A stretch of 64,000 nt of DNA from an uncultured bacterium (GTDB lineage Bacteria > Verrucomicrobiota > Verrucomicrobiia > Limisphaerales > UBA8199): positions 128,001 through 192,000 of the forward strand of contig CAVVMW010000023.1 of assembly GCA_963749495.1 (NCBI GenBank). Direction: 5' to 3'. Shown one piece after another: positions 10,701-20,422 of the stretch; within the stretch, counting starts at the first letter, position 1; each line of letters begins with the position of its first letter. A program made the translations under genes and the position numbers. Under the pieces are notes generated by a model that saw nothing but the letters and a program-made list of their open reading frames with translations, was not told the origin of the DNA and did not search any database.

Positions 10701-13204
10701 CGGCTCAGGCCGGCAATTACTCGGTCGTGGTCACCAACGCGGCGGGAGCCGCGACCAGCGCGGTGGCGGTGTTGACGGTGAACGCGCCCCCGGCCATCAC
10801 GGCCCAACCGCAGACTCAGAGCGTGACCGCGGCAACCGCGGCGGCCTTCAGCGTCACGGCCGGCGGGAGCAGTCCCCTGGCATACCAATGGCAGTTCAAC
10901 GGCACGGACCTCAGCGACAGTGTCTTCATCACCGGCTCGCAAAGTAATCTCCTGACAATCGCCAACGTGATGGCGGGCAATGCGGGCAATTACCAGGTCC
11001 TCGTCACCAACGCCTACGGCTCCGCCACCAGCGGCGTGGCCATTCTGTCCGTGCTCCCGGCCCTGCCCGTCATCACCTGGCCCGCGCCGCCGGCCATTAC
11101 CTACGGCGCCGCGCTCGACTCCAGCCAATTGAACGCCGCGGCCGCCGTGTCCGGCAGTTTCGCCTACAGCCCGGCGGCCGGCGCCGTGCCCGATGCCGGC
11201 ACCAGCACCCTTTCGGTGCTCTTCACCCCGGATGACAGCGCCGACTTTTCCACCGCGGCGGCCCGCGTCAGCCTGGCGGTCTTGCCGGCGCCGCTGAGCG
11301 TGGCCGCCACCAACGCTGCGCGGTCCTACGGCGCAGCCAACCCGGTCTTCACCGGCAGCCTCGCCGGTTTGGTCAACGGCGACATCCTCAGCGCCACTTA
11401 TTCCACTCCAGCCACCGCAGCCAGCCCAGTCGGCAGCTACCCGATCCTGCCCAGCCTGGTGGATCCGGCAGGCCGATTGAAGAACTACACGGCCACGCTC
11501 CTCCAGGGCACCCTCACTATCACGCCCGTGCCGCTCACCCTGACAGCGGCCGGCGCAACACGTGCCTACGGCCAGACCAACCCCGTCTTCACTGGCACCG
11601 TTGCGGGTTTGATCAACGGCGACAATATCACAGTCAGTTGCGCCACACCGGCGGCCTCGGGCAGCCCTGTTGGCGCCTACCCGATTGTGCCCAGCCCCGT
11701 GGATCCGGACCGCCGATTGGGCAATTACACGCTTAGCCTGACCAACGGCACGCTCACGATCGCGCAGGCACTGTTGACCGTCGCGGCCGCTGACGCAACG
11801 CGCGCCTATGGCCAGACCAATCCCGTCTTCACGGGCACGATCGCGGGGTTGGCAAGCGGCGACAACATCACGGCCGCCTATAGCTGCCTCGCCACGCCCG
11901 CCAGTCCGCTCGGCAGCTATCCCATCGTTCCCAGCCCGGTGGACCCGGGCAATCTCCTGACCAACTACCAGGTCAGCCTGATCAACGGCGTGCTCACCGT
12001 GACACCAGCGGTGCCCCTCCTGGCGTGGACCAATCCGGCCGACATCCTTTACGGCACCGCGCTCGACACCAATCAATTGAACGCCGCGGCGAGCGTGCCC
12101 GGCAGCTTTGCCTACAGCCCCGCCGCGGGCGACAGGTTGGATGCCGGCACCAACACGCTCTCGGTCCTGTTCACTCCGGATGATGCTGCCGACTTCCTCA
12201 CCGCAACGGCGGGCGTCAGCGTTGTGGTCTTGCCGGCCCCCTTGAGCGTGACCGCCGCGGACGCCATGCGTTCCTACGGTGCTGCCAACCCGATCCTGAC
12301 CGGCGTGGTCGTCGGCCTGGTCAACGGCGACAACATCACGGCCACTTATGCGACAGCCGCTACCGCAGCCAGCCCTGTCGGCGCCTATCCCATCTCGCCC
12401 AGCCTGGTGGATCCGGACAACCGCCTGGCCAACTACGCCCCCGCAGTGACCAATGGCACGCTCCTCATTACTCCGGCGCCGCTCACCGTGACAGCGGCCG
12501 GTGCAACGCGTGTCTATGGACAGACCAACCCCGTCTTCACGGGCACGATCCTGGGTTTGGCCAATGGCGACAACATTACCGCCGTCTATAGTTGCCTGGC
12601 CACGACCCTCAGCCCGCCCGGCGCTTATCCGATTGTGCCCAGCGTGGTGGACCCGGGCAATCTCCTGACCAATTACCTCCTCAGCCTGATCAATGGCACA
12701 CTCACGGTGGTGCCGGCTGCCCCGCCGATCCTCCTCAGTGCAGCCCCCAGCAGCGGGCCAACCAATGGGGGCACCACCGTGACTATCGTGGGCACTGGCC
12801 TGGAGAGCGGCGCCTCGGTCTGCTTCGGCGCGCTGTCGGCGGCCTCGGTGGCTGTCCTCAACTCGACGAACCTCACGGCGGTCACACCGCCCTCAGCACC
12901 TGGAACGGTGGACGTGGTCGTCACCAACGCCGATGGCCAGAGCGCCGTCCTGACCAATGCCTTCACCTTCACTTACCTCGAGCGGCCCCTGTTCAAAACG
13001 GTGACCCAAAGCGCGGGCGTGGTAACGCTCACTTGGAGCGCGAGCGCGGGCCAAACCTATCAGGTGCAGTACAAGACCCAGTTGAAGCAGGCCGACTGGG
13101 ACGCTCTAGGCAGTCCCCTCACCGCCACCAACTCCACGGCGAGCGCCTCGGATGTTCCGGGGCCGGATGCGCAGCGCTTTTACCGCGTGGTGCGCTTGCC
13201 CTGA
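7724..13204 (+). CDS. Large secreted multidomain glycoside hydrolase (clan GH-A-like catalytic domain, 2 Ig, 5 MBG-type repeats, IPT/TIG, C-terminal ...QRFYRVV tail)
   Basis: GDGTPVRFWGV, GVNLVR and IIEIQNEDS motifs; PVITNQPQSQ Ig domains; repeated RxYGxxNPxFTG units; PSSGPTNGGTTVTIVG TIG domain. Confidence 0.8.
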   Translation: MNSSPLSLAGRAVARLLLRNLMTPALAGLLLPVTGLAGTWIWWEGEKPSSSNFPATTWLSPSSQAERNCCSGGNILTAVNIRTSGPYWANYTINVTQAATYRLYARKIWEYGAFKWRFDSGAFQYADDQLQLMDNGNYKQYFPLNWVYLGTVVLAAGQHIFRVELNAADWPNDPSYQSGGANLAGFDAFLLDTDPFVPRGILKPGQNYNLAEPGKWNFEPPIDDFTAPALLDLRSLNEAVAGQSGYVRQAADAPGKLVLGDGTPVRFWGVFVGNEQLDLVSLSVQAKFLAKRGVNLVRIMGDLSASSPTNINAVDAAFVDNARRAVAAFKQEGIYAEIDFFYNLGFTIRKEWGVAGYTNDQSSPTVVLMFDDTLKAAYKQWATQLFAPTNAYTGIPLAQDPAVAIIEIQNEDSFFFWTFNPDNFPEAQRQNLEAKFGAWLIKNHGSIAAAQVNWNPWFTLPDDDPANGRMGLAWAYFMTTQTDAGSSYYTGRMADEIAFLADLQRAFYQEMGDFFRNTLGCRSLIQSCNWTTADKLFLLDVERYTYTANNVIDSHRYFNPIHVCPNTPDTSSYAVSVGDYYLSRAVVANPRLLPSAYKQVAGYPNIVSESTWYNPNRFKAEGPLLIAAYNSMADINAWIWFATSSLGYEESVSKFPLALPSIMGQFPGAALLYRRGDVQTPVAVHEARNLNRAYHKEFALISEYNEARNPPDNPVYDPATGTGRLDPLAMLAGRVECSFLTQDASNYVAPDLLSHLDTTNQVVESLPPPGAARGQLKLDWSNGIFQVNSPCSQGVSGFLNRVPSINLDDVTIASSNDFGAVLVIALDGLPLAQSQKILIQAVTEDNPYGWQEQDQVFTNNNVVYNGKKIVSLGQPPMNVVNIAGAVTLKGLGQGPVLRAKVLDENGYARGDAASQVVGPDLQVTLPTNSLYTVLLAPPVITNQPQSQAVMEGSNALFSVGASGAQPLACQWQFNGNPLPGMTNTTLPLDALQPAQAGNYSVVVTNAAGAATSAVAVLTVNAPPAITAQPQTQSVTAATAAAFSVTAGGSSPLAYQWQFNGTDLSDSVFITGSQSNLLTIANVMAGNAGNYQVLVTNAYGSATSGVAILSVLPALPVITWPAPPAITYGAALDSSQLNAAAAVSGSFAYSPAAGAVPDAGTSTLSVLFTPDDSADFSTAAARVSLAVLPAPLSVAATNAARSYGAANPVFTGSLAGLVNGDILSATYSTPATAASPVGSYPILPSLVDPAGRLKNYTATLLQGTLTITPVPLTLTAAGATRAYGQTNPVFTGTVAGLINGDNITVSCATPAASGSPVGAYPIVPSPVDPDRRLGNYTLSLTNGTLTIAQALLTVAAADATRAYGQTNPVFTGTIAGLASGDNITAAYSCLATPASPLGSYPIVPSPVDPGNLLTNYQVSLINGVLTVTPAVPLLAWTNPADILYGTALDTNQLNAAASVPGSFAYSPAAGDRLDAGTNTLSVLFTPDDAADFLTATAGVSVVVLPAPLSVTAADAMRSYGAANPILTGVVVGLVNGDNITATYATAATAASPVGAYPISPSLVDPDNRLANYAPAVTNGTLLITPAPLTVTAAGATRVYGQTNPVFTGTILGLANGDNITAVYSCLATTLSPPGAYPIVPSVVDPGNLLTNYLLSLINGTLTVVPAAPPILLSAAPSSGPTNGGTTVTIVGTGLESGASVCFGALSAASVAVLNSTNLTAVTPPSAPGTVDVVVTNADGQSAVLTNAFTFTYLERPLFKTVTQSAGVVTLTWSASAGQTYQVQYKTQLKQADWDALGSPLTATNSTASASDVPGPDAQRFYRVVRLP

Positions 13205-13213
13205 GAGGGCCAA

Positions 13214-13270
13214 GGGGTCAGATCTCAACATTTGACATTTGTGCGGAGAGGCGAAGGGGTCAGACTGACC
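13214..13270 (+). repeat. GGGGTCA(G/C)ATCTCAACATTTGACATTTGT half-copy repeat
   Basis: One mismatch to the left arm of the 35586 palindrome; followed by GCGAAGGGGTCA, as at 2451. Confidence 0.75.
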
Positions 13271-13322
13271 TTCCCCCATGTGCGAATGAGAGGTCAGGCG
13301 GGATTCGTCTGCGCAAGTCCTT

Positions 13323-13685
13323 CTACTGGCGCCCCTTGCGTGGGTTGGTCAGCCGTCGGACGCTGGCTTTTCTTAGAGACAACATCGGCGGTTTCAACTT
13401 GGGCAGCGCTTCCAACACCTCCGTCTGCGCAACCGGATAGCTGGTGGGCAATCGCCACAGATCCACTTCACTCTCCCCCAACCGTACCAACCGGACCGCC
13501 TTGAGCCGCTCCAGTCCATCCTGCACCGTCAGGCCCAGCGGTGCCAACCGCCGGTCCAACTCCCGCGCCAGCTTGAGCGCCAGCAAACACACCAAGGCGT
13601 GCCCACGCGTACGACCTTCCTTGCGGAGGAAAATCGGCCGCAGCTCCAACAGCCCGGTCTTGAGCGTGCGAAAGTCCCGCTCCAC
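13323..13685 (-). mobile_element. IS1634-family transposase C-terminal remnant
   Basis: VERDFRTLKTGLLELRPIFLRKEGRTRGHALVCLLAL is the DDE C-terminal signature; the N-terminal part is missing. Confidence 0.8.
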
Positions 13686-13807
13686 CTCCGGAGATTGTCA
13701 ACGGCACAAGTCTCACCGGGTTTTGCGCATAATCACAACGGGGAGGCCGTCGTCGCTTGCTGCGGATACAACCTCCCAGCCAACCGCAGCGTTCAGGCGG
13801 AGAACAC

Positions 13808-13904
13808 ATCAGCGTTCATTAGCGCAGATTAGCGGTTCAGTTGTTCGGTGACCGCAGCTCGCAGGCTCGCCAAGAACCGCTAATCTGCGCTAACCAACGC
13901 TGAT
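13808..13904. repeat. Imperfect ~30-bp inverted repeat (AACCGCTAATCTGCGCTAA type)
   Basis: ATCAGCGTTCATTAGCGCAGATTAGCGGTTC ... GAACCGCTAATCTGCGCTAACCAACGCTGAT. Confidence 0.75.
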
Positions 13905-13926
13905 AAGAGCAACCAACTTTCAAGGA

Positions 13927-16107
13927 CTAATACTCGACGGCCAACTGCCTCGGGGCGGACTGGTTTGGGAATCGTATCCAGAGCAGGCGCTCGGTGGCGG
14001 AGTATTCGTATTGGTCGCAAGGCTGGCCGGCGAGGGAGACGAGCCGGGGGGCGAGCGGGGAGCAGAGCAGGACGATGGCGGGGGTGCCGGCAACGCCCTC
14101 GACCGCCAGAGTGATGGAGCGCGGCCCGGTTTTGAGGGCAAGCGCCTTGCAGGCCGAGGCCAGGACGCGCGGTTTATCGAGCGGCGCCGCCTGGAGGTCC
14201 AGCAGGAAGAGCCGCGCCGCCGGGGCCAGCGTGACTGCGCGCCGGACGCGCAATTCGGGGTCGAACAGGTTCACAAAGCGGCCGCGCAACTCCTTGGGTT
14301 CGCCGGGGATTGACTCATCCAGGCCGGCGGCGATGACGTAAGGGCCGCGGCGCAGGAGGAGGTAATTGGTCTCGCGCCAGTCGAGTTTGCCGCGGGCTGC
14401 GGCCGCCTTGACGGTCTCCACCAGGCGCGAGTCGCCGTCGGCCGCCCCGGCGAGTTGCGCAGGGTTGACCCGGCTCCAAACCACGCCGCCCTCGCCGATG
14501 GCCACAAAGGCGCCGGTCCCGGCCGCCTCGGCCTTTTGGCCAGTCAGGCCGAGTTGCTCGAAGAGGTGCTCGCGCGGGGTGGAGTAGTTGAGCCCGCCGC
14601 TGTTCCACCACTCGCGCACCTTGTTGAACGGGTCCGCATCGTCGTCGCACACCACCAGGATGCCGCCCGCTTTGACCCATTGGGCCAGCGGGGCGTGGAC
14701 CTCCGGGGCGAGCGGTTTCATGCCCTGGTAAGTGAGCAGCAGGAGACGCACCCCGTCCAGGTAATGGGGCGCGGCCAGGTTCTCGAGCTGGACCGGCGCC
14801 ACGGGCAGGCCGCGCTTGAGCAGGGGCAGCGCCAGCCCATAGACATGGCCCAGGTGCGCGTCGCTCGGGGCCGGCGCGCCGCGCTCGAACATGAGCGAAT
14901 CGCTCACCACCACGCCGACGCCCGGGGTGCCGCAGTCCCACTGGACCTGCGTTTGGTTGAGGTCGTTGAGGGCGTTGAAGGCGGTCTGCAGTTCGGTGGC
15001 GTAAGAGGGCGGGATGGGCTGGGGGTTTGGGCTGCGGGCAGGGTAACGCCCGCCGAAGACCCGCTCCGGCCACGGGGCCACCTCGAAGCGCCAGACCTCG
15101 GGCTGGAACAACGAGGCGGTCAACGTCGACTCCCAATTGGCCCGGTAGTCGGGCCAATCATGGTCCGGGTTGTCCTCGACCGGGTCGTCCAGGTACCAGA
15201 CCGTGCGGCCGGTGGCGCGGACCAGGTTCTGCATCGCGCCGTATTCGAGGAAGGCGGTCTCGAAGGTGCGTTCGCGCAACCGGCCGCGATAGAGATTAGG
15301 CGTGCGCGCCGTGCCGGTCCACACCTGGGCGATATAGCCGTCGCACCCCTTGAGCCGGGCCAGGCTGGATTCGGGGCTGACAATGCGCCAATGGGCGTAG
15401 TTGAGCAGGCTGTGCGTGGGCACGTAGCAACGCACGCGGCGGCCCGCGCGCCGGTTGAAGTCCTGCACGTAATCGAACACCTGCTGCAAGGCGCGGCGAT
15501 AGAGGTAATACTTGAGTTTGGAGGCCCGCCACTGGGCATCCACGGAGCTGTGCGGCGCCTGCCACTGCTCCCCGTAATAGTTCTGCCATTCCCGCTTGAA
15601 GCCGCCCTCGTAGCCGTCCCGCACCCAGAACTCGGGTTCCTCGAGGTGAATCGCCTCGGCCCCGGCATCCAGCGCCCGCTGCACCCCCAGGCACAGGAAC
15701 TTCCCGTAGTTGGTCCCCGGACACATGTAGAAGATGTCCCGGCTGCCGCCGTGGCGGTGCGCTTTGCCGGCCGCATCGGTCTGCGCCTCGTCCTCGTGGT
15801 TGATGCCGTCAAAGCGGCCATACAGGTAGTCCTGGTAAGCGCCCCAGGCCACCCCCGTCATCACGTGTACCCGGTAGCCCCGCTCCCGCCAACTGCTCAG
15901 CCGCCCGGGCAATCCGGTGTCTATCCCATAAACAATCGCCACGTCCGAGCGCAAGTTGCCCGCGCTGCTCCAGGCGCTGCCGGTCTGGAAACAGGTGCGC
16001 TCCTGCTCCTGCTCCGGCTCGGCCGGAAACGGCGGCGGGGCTTCTCCTCCTTGCGCTTTAGGGGCCATCATGAGCAGCGCCAGCAAGGGTGCGAGGATCT
16101 TCAACAT
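13927..16107 (-). CDS. Secreted hypothetical protein, probable glycoside hydrolase-like TIM barrel plus GATase-like domain
   Basis: 726-aa ORF with signal peptide and host-like codon use; AIHLEEPEFW motif; family not certain. Confidence 0.6.
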   Translation of the reverse strand: MLKILAPLLALLMMAPKAQGGEAPPPFPAEPEQEQERTCFQTGSAWSSAGNLRSDVAIVYGIDTGLPGRLSSWRERGYRVHVMTGVAWGAYQDYLYGRFDGINHEDEAQTDAAGKAHRHGGSRDIFYMCPGTNYGKFLCLGVQRALDAGAEAIHLEEPEFWVRDGYEGGFKREWQNYYGEQWQAPHSSVDAQWRASKLKYYLYRRALQQVFDYVQDFNRRAGRRVRCYVPTHSLLNYAHWRIVSPESSLARLKGCDGYIAQVWTGTARTPNLYRGRLRERTFETAFLEYGAMQNLVRATGRTVWYLDDPVEDNPDHDWPDYRANWESTLTASLFQPEVWRFEVAPWPERVFGGRYPARSPNPQPIPPSYATELQTAFNALNDLNQTQVQWDCGTPGVGVVVSDSLMFERGAPAPSDAHLGHVYGLALPLLKRGLPVAPVQLENLAAPHYLDGVRLLLLTYQGMKPLAPEVHAPLAQWVKAGGILVVCDDDADPFNKVREWWNSGGLNYSTPREHLFEQLGLTGQKAEAAGTGAFVAIGEGGVVWSRVNPAQLAGAADGDSRLVETVKAAAARGKLDWRETNYLLLRRGPYVIAAGLDESIPGEPKELRGRFVNLFDPELRVRRAVTLAPAARLFLLDLQAAPLDKPRVLASACKALALKTGPRSITLAVEGVAGTPAIVLLCSPLAPRLVSLAGQPCDQYEYSATERLLWIRFPNQSAPRQLAVEY

Positions 16108-16233
16108 GCGTCCTCAATGCCTGAAACTGCCCTCGGGTTCAACCGGAAAGAGGGGGGATTAGGCAGTCCGAGTGGGCGCTTCCCGAGACGATATTCCCCG
16201 CCAGGTTGGAATCCAGGCTGCGGCTGCTTTGCG

Positions 16234-16474
16234 GACGCCAACGGCGTCGCTCATACCAGCCCAGGGCAACGCCCTGGGGAAGGCCGCCCAAAAGCCATTC
16301 AGAGCGCTGAAAGCGCGATTCATCCTTAAGTCCCGATTCAGAATCGGGATTGGCCCAATGGCCTGCTTCATAAAGCTGCCGGAGGATGAATCGCGCTTTC
16401 AGCGCTCCAGATGGTTATTGACGGTTGTTCCCAGGGCGTTGCCCTGGGCTGGTATGAATCAGGCCTTTGGCCTG
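16234..16474. repeat. REP/REPIN-like nested palindrome (CCCAGGGCAACGCCCTGGG family), copy 1
   Basis: TCATACCAGCCCAGGGCAACGCCCTGGG and GAGCGCTGAAAGCGCGATTCATCC each present with an inverted partner; copies at 45873 and 63090. Confidence 0.9.
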
Positions 16475-16518
16475 TCAAGGCCCCAGAAAAAAAATCCCGA
16501 AAATCCTGAATTTTTCTC

Positions 16519-16557
16519 TTGACGCGCCGGGGCATCTGTCCTATTGTCATAGGACAG
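16519..16557 (+). promoter_or_regulatory. Sigma70 promoter overlapped by a YtrA-type GntR operator
   Basis: TTGACG-17 bp-TATTGT; perfect inverted repeat CTGTCCTAT-tgtc-ATAGGACAG (16536-16557) fits the YtrA TGT-TA..TA-ACA consensus. Confidence 0.8.
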
Positions 16558-16569
16558 CAGAAGACGCGT

Positions 16570-17004
16570 ATGCTCTTACAGATCAATTTCAAGTCCGGCA
16601 CACCGGTTTACCTCCAGGTGGTCGACCAGGTCAAGGCGGCGGCGGCGGCGGGCGCCTTGCTGACCGGCGAGCCGCTGCCTTCCATCCGTCCGCTGGCCGA
16701 GGAACTTCGAGTCAACCGGAACACCATCGCCAAGGCCTACACCGAATTGGAAAGCCAGGGAGTGATCGAGACGGTCCCCGGCAAAGGCTGCTTCCTGAGG
16801 CCCAACGATTCACCGCTGCGCAAGCAGGTGCGCCGCCAGATGCTGAGCGAGGAGATCGACCAGGCGATCGTCAAGGCGCATCACCTCCAGGTGCCGGCGC
16901 CCGAGTTTCTGGAGTTGGTCCAGGAGCGGCTCCGGGTGATGGAAGAGAAACGGCGGGCGGCCGAAAAGGCTGACGGCCAGCGCGGTAAGAGCGGCACCCA
17001 ATAA
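16570..17004 (+). CDS. GntR family transcriptional regulator (YtrA subfamily)
   Basis: PVYLQVVDQV...LPSIRPLAEELRVNRNTIAKAYTELE wHTH with a short C-terminus, upstream of ABC genes. Confidence 0.92.
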   Translation: MLLQINFKSGTPVYLQVVDQVKAAAAAGALLTGEPLPSIRPLAEELRVNRNTIAKAYTELESQGVIETVPGKGCFLRPNDSPLRKQVRRQMLSEEIDQAIVKAHHLQVPAPEFLELVQERLRVMEEKRRAAEKADGQRGKSGTQ

Positions 17005-17018
17005 GCGTTGCACGTTTT

Positions 17019-17909
17019 ATGAATCAGACCACCCCTATAATCGAGATCAAGGGCCTGAATTACGCCTATGGCCGGAGCGAGGCGGTGAACGACTTCAACC
17101 TCTCGGTGCGGGCGGGCCGGTGTTACGGCCTGTTCGGCCGCAACGGGGCCGGCAAGACCACCACCATGAAGTGCCTGCTCAACCTGCTGCGGCCGCGCAG
17201 CGGCACGGCGCGCGTCTTTGGGCTCGACCCGGCGCGGCGCGAGGTCGAGGTGAAACGGCGGCTGGCTTACGTGCCGGATTTCGTGGCGTTTTATCCCTGG
17301 ATGACGGTCCGCGAGACGCTCGACTACCTGGCGTCGTTCCGTTCGCGGTGGAACCGCGAGACCGAGCGCGACCTGCTGGAACGTTTTCGCCTGGAGGCCG
17401 ACCAGCGGACCGGCGCGCTCTCCAAGGGCCAGCGGACGCAAGTGGCGCTCATCGCCGCGGTGTGCCCGGAGCCGGAGCTGCTCTTGCTGGACGAGCCGAC
17501 GTCGGGGCTGGACCCCATCGTGCGGCGGGAGTTCATCGAGACGGTCATCGGCGCCTACCAGGAGGGCGAGCCGGGCCGGCGGACGATCCTGGTCTCGACG
17601 CACCTGATAGCGGAGTTCGAGGGGCTGATCGACGAGTTCACCATCATGGACGGCGGGCGGGACGTGCTGACACTGGGGGCGGACGAGGCGCGCCAGCGCT
17701 ACCAGAAGATCCGGGCGCTTTTCCCGCACCCGGCCCCGCCGCTCGAGTTCAAGGACGCCCTCCAGGTTCGGCGCAACGGGCGGGAGGTCGAGCTGATAGC
17801 CAACGGCGGCGGCGCGCAGATCATGGAAGAGTTGCGCCGGCTGGCGCCCGAGTCGCTGACGAGCGAGGCGCTGACGCTGGAGGAAGTGTTCGTGGCAACG
17901 CTCAAGTAG
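17019..17909 (+). CDS. ABC transporter ATP-binding protein (YtrB-like)
   Basis: Walker A GRNGAGKTT, signature LSKGQ, Walker B LLLDEPTSGLDP, STH motif. Confidence 0.95.
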   Translation: MNQTTPIIEIKGLNYAYGRSEAVNDFNLSVRAGRCYGLFGRNGAGKTTTMKCLLNLLRPRSGTARVFGLDPARREVEVKRRLAYVPDFVAFYPWMTVRETLDYLASFRSRWNRETERDLLERFRLEADQRTGALSKGQRTQVALIAAVCPEPELLLLDEPTSGLDPIVRREFIETVIGAYQEGEPGRRTILVSTHLIAEFEGLIDEFTIMDGGRDVLTLGADEARQRYQKIRALFPHPAPPLEFKDALQVRRNGREVELIANGGGAQIMEELRRLAPESLTSEALTLEEVFVATLK

Positions 17910-17915
17910 GAGGGT

Positions 17916-20032
17916 ATGAATCCGAGACTGGCCAAAGAATTCCGGGCCTTGCGCCTGCCATGGGTGGCGGGGATGGCGGCGGGCCTGGCGGCGTACTTTG
18001 AAAAGGCGCAGCCCTGGGGGGTCGGGGTGGCATTCGCCAGCGTGGCGGCGATGACGGCGATGTCGTTGGGCTCTGAGTATCAACAAGGCACTTTTGCGCT
18101 CCTGCTCAGCCAGCCCTTGGACCGGCTGCGCATCTGGCGCGAGAAGCTGCTCGTATCGAGCGTGCTGGCCGGGACGGTGGCATTGGCGCTGCTGTTGGGG
18201 CTGAAACTGGCCCCCGGCGACGCTCTCAAGGGAGCGACTGTGGCCCTGCCGGCCGCTTGCCTGGTCGCCGTGCTCTGCTCGGCCGGCTACTGGACGATGA
18301 TGGCGCGCTCGACTATCGGCGGCATGGTCTTCACGTACGCCGGCATGTTCCTGATCTTCGTCGCGGTAAACCTGGGGTTGGACCAGTTGGCCCCCCCGGG
18401 AGCCGCCCCTCCGTGCAACGTGATTTCCTGATGCAGTTCCTGTTGGCGGCCACCTTCCTGGTCTATTCGGGGGTCATGCTCTGGCTGGGGTGGCGGAAGT
18501 TCGAGAGACTGCAGTTGAGGGAAGTCATCGTGGGCGAGAGCGGGCTCTTGTCCGCTGCCGGGCCACGCCGGAGCAGGTCATGGGGCTGGTTGCGCATCCG
18601 CCCGAAAGGGGAACTAACGAACCTGGTCCGCAAGGAGGTGCGCCTGCACCGGCCCCTGTTTGTGGTGGGCGGGGTCTATGTCGTGTGCTGGCTGGCGGCG
18701 CTGGCGGTGAATTGGCTGCTGCCGCTCCGGGGCTACGAGGCACTTTACGTTGTCCTGCCCGGCACTTATGTCCCGGTCGCTGTGCTCCTGGCCGGCGCGA
18801 TCTCGCTGGGCGAGGAAAGGACGCTCGGTTTGGCGGCGTGGCACTTGACCCTGCCAGTCTCGGCCCGGCGCCAATGGCTCGTGAAATTGGCGGTGGCGGC
18901 GGCCGTGGCTATTGGCCTGGCGGTGGTCCTGCCCGGCCTCCTGGCCCTGGCGACGCTGCCGGAGGTCAGGCAGCAACTGCACACGTCCGAGCCGTTCCGG
19001 GCATGGTTCAGCCCCGGCGTTGCCTTGGGGACTATCTTCGCGCTGAGCTTTTGGGCGGCGACGATGCTGGGCAACACGATGCGCGCCGCCGTGGCGGCCA
19101 TACTCGGCAGCGGCGTGCTCGTGCTCTGCTTCGTCCTGGCTCATTGGTGCGCTGACCAGTACGGGGGTTTGGAGTTGGAGACCGGCCTGTTTTGCACTCT
19201 GACCGCCTGGCGCCATTTGCCCATGGGCTTTTTCCACGGAGTTGACCTCTGGCTGTGGTGGTCCCTCGCAACCCCTGCGGTGCTCGTGTCGCTCGTGGCC
19301 CTCGGGCAAAGCCTCGCCCAGTTCCGCCGCGCGCAGTTCGGGAGCGCCGTGGTGGCGAAATGCGCCGCGCTCCTGCTGGCTCTCCAATTGGTGGCTGCAT
19401 TCTGGTGCGCCGACCTCAAGGTGTCCGCCAACAGCGACTATGCCGCCCCGCTTCGGTTCGAGGTCGCCCAAGCCCTGTGCGCCTTGCCTTACAAACCGGA
19501 TGACATCTCCGGCCCCGGACGCGCGGATCGCGCGCTGGCGATCATGGAACGGACCCCGGCCCCGGCCGTGGCCATGGTGGACAAGGCAAGCCGTGTCCAC
19601 CTCACGGTGGCGGACCTGGAAAGGGTCTTCCCGTTGTCCGCTCGGGCCAGGCGATGGCTGAGCGAGGCGAGACTCTCCATGTCCATCATGAAGGTGATAG
19701 AAGCCCGCAAGCCTCCCCGAACCGACTTTTACAGCCGATACGGGCTCGCGCGCCCAATGCCGGGGAAAGAGGCGCCCAGGCAGAACCCGGGCCCTACGCA
19801 GGGGGTGGAGCCGCCCAAGCAAGCACCGGACCAGGCGCCCCGAACCGACCTTTACGGCTTGGTCCGCATCCAGTTCCCCAATTACAGCCTGCAATTCTCT
19901 TTTGGCGTGTGGCAAGACGGGCACTGGGAAGCGATCACGCCCATGCAGTGGGTTTGGGAGGACTCCCCGTCCCCGCGCGAACAAGCAATCAGGGACAGAT
20001 ACGACCGATTTCGGAAGGGACGGCCATACTGA
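17916..20032 (+). CDS. ABC-2 type permease with two homologous halves, split into two ORFs (17916-18431 and 18431-20032) by a probable frameshift at a C7 run
   Basis: Hydrophobic ORFs; repeated KE(F/V)R and LG(S/E)E motifs; one extra C at 18391-18397 would fuse the frames. Confidence 0.7.
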
Positions 20033-20083
20033 CCCGGCATAAAGGACATAAGGGCGGCTCCCAAAATTAAGAGGCGGTTGCGG

Positions 20084-20167
20084 AATTAACCGCAAAGAAC
20101 GCAAAGAACGCAAAGAAACGCCTTCATTCCAGGCTCTTTGTGTTCTCTGCGATCTTTGCGGTTAATT
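20084..20167. repeat. Palindromic 9-mer repeat (AACCGCAAAGAACGCAAAG type)
   Basis: AATTAACCGCAAAGAACGCAAAGAACGCAAAGA ... TCTTTGTGTTCTCTGCGATCTTTGCGGTTAATT; related tracts near 3560 and 40783. Confidence 0.8.
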
Positions 20168-20240
20168 TCGTCACTGCCTCTAAGATGTTTGGTGCAGCAG
20201 GGCGGTGGGTGTGGCGCCTTTTTCCACGAGCGCAGCGGCT

Positions 20241-20328
20241 CCGGACCTTTGTCGGAACCTTTGTCGAGACCTTTGTCGGGTTGGCCATGCCTCGACAAAG
20301 GTTTGCGATGAAGGTTGCGACAAAGGTT
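20241..20328. repeat. CCTTTGTCG palindromic dispersed repeat, copy 2 (core inverted)
   Basis: Same units as 7465; core reads GGGTTGGCCATGCCTC. Confidence 0.9.
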
Positions 20329-20422
20329 GGGGATCGGGCCGCGGCCTATTGCCGATTGACAGGAAAATCGTATTCTTGCTGCGGTGTCCGAACTGGGAAC
20401 ACAACGTGGCCCGCTTCAGCCA

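Noticed and set aside
14455..16329. Long antisense or alternative-frame ORFs (also 29525-31717, 26866-28386, 10385-12076 and others)
   Set aside because: Shadow ORFs expected in high-GC DNA opposite well-supported genes; no recognisable motifs.
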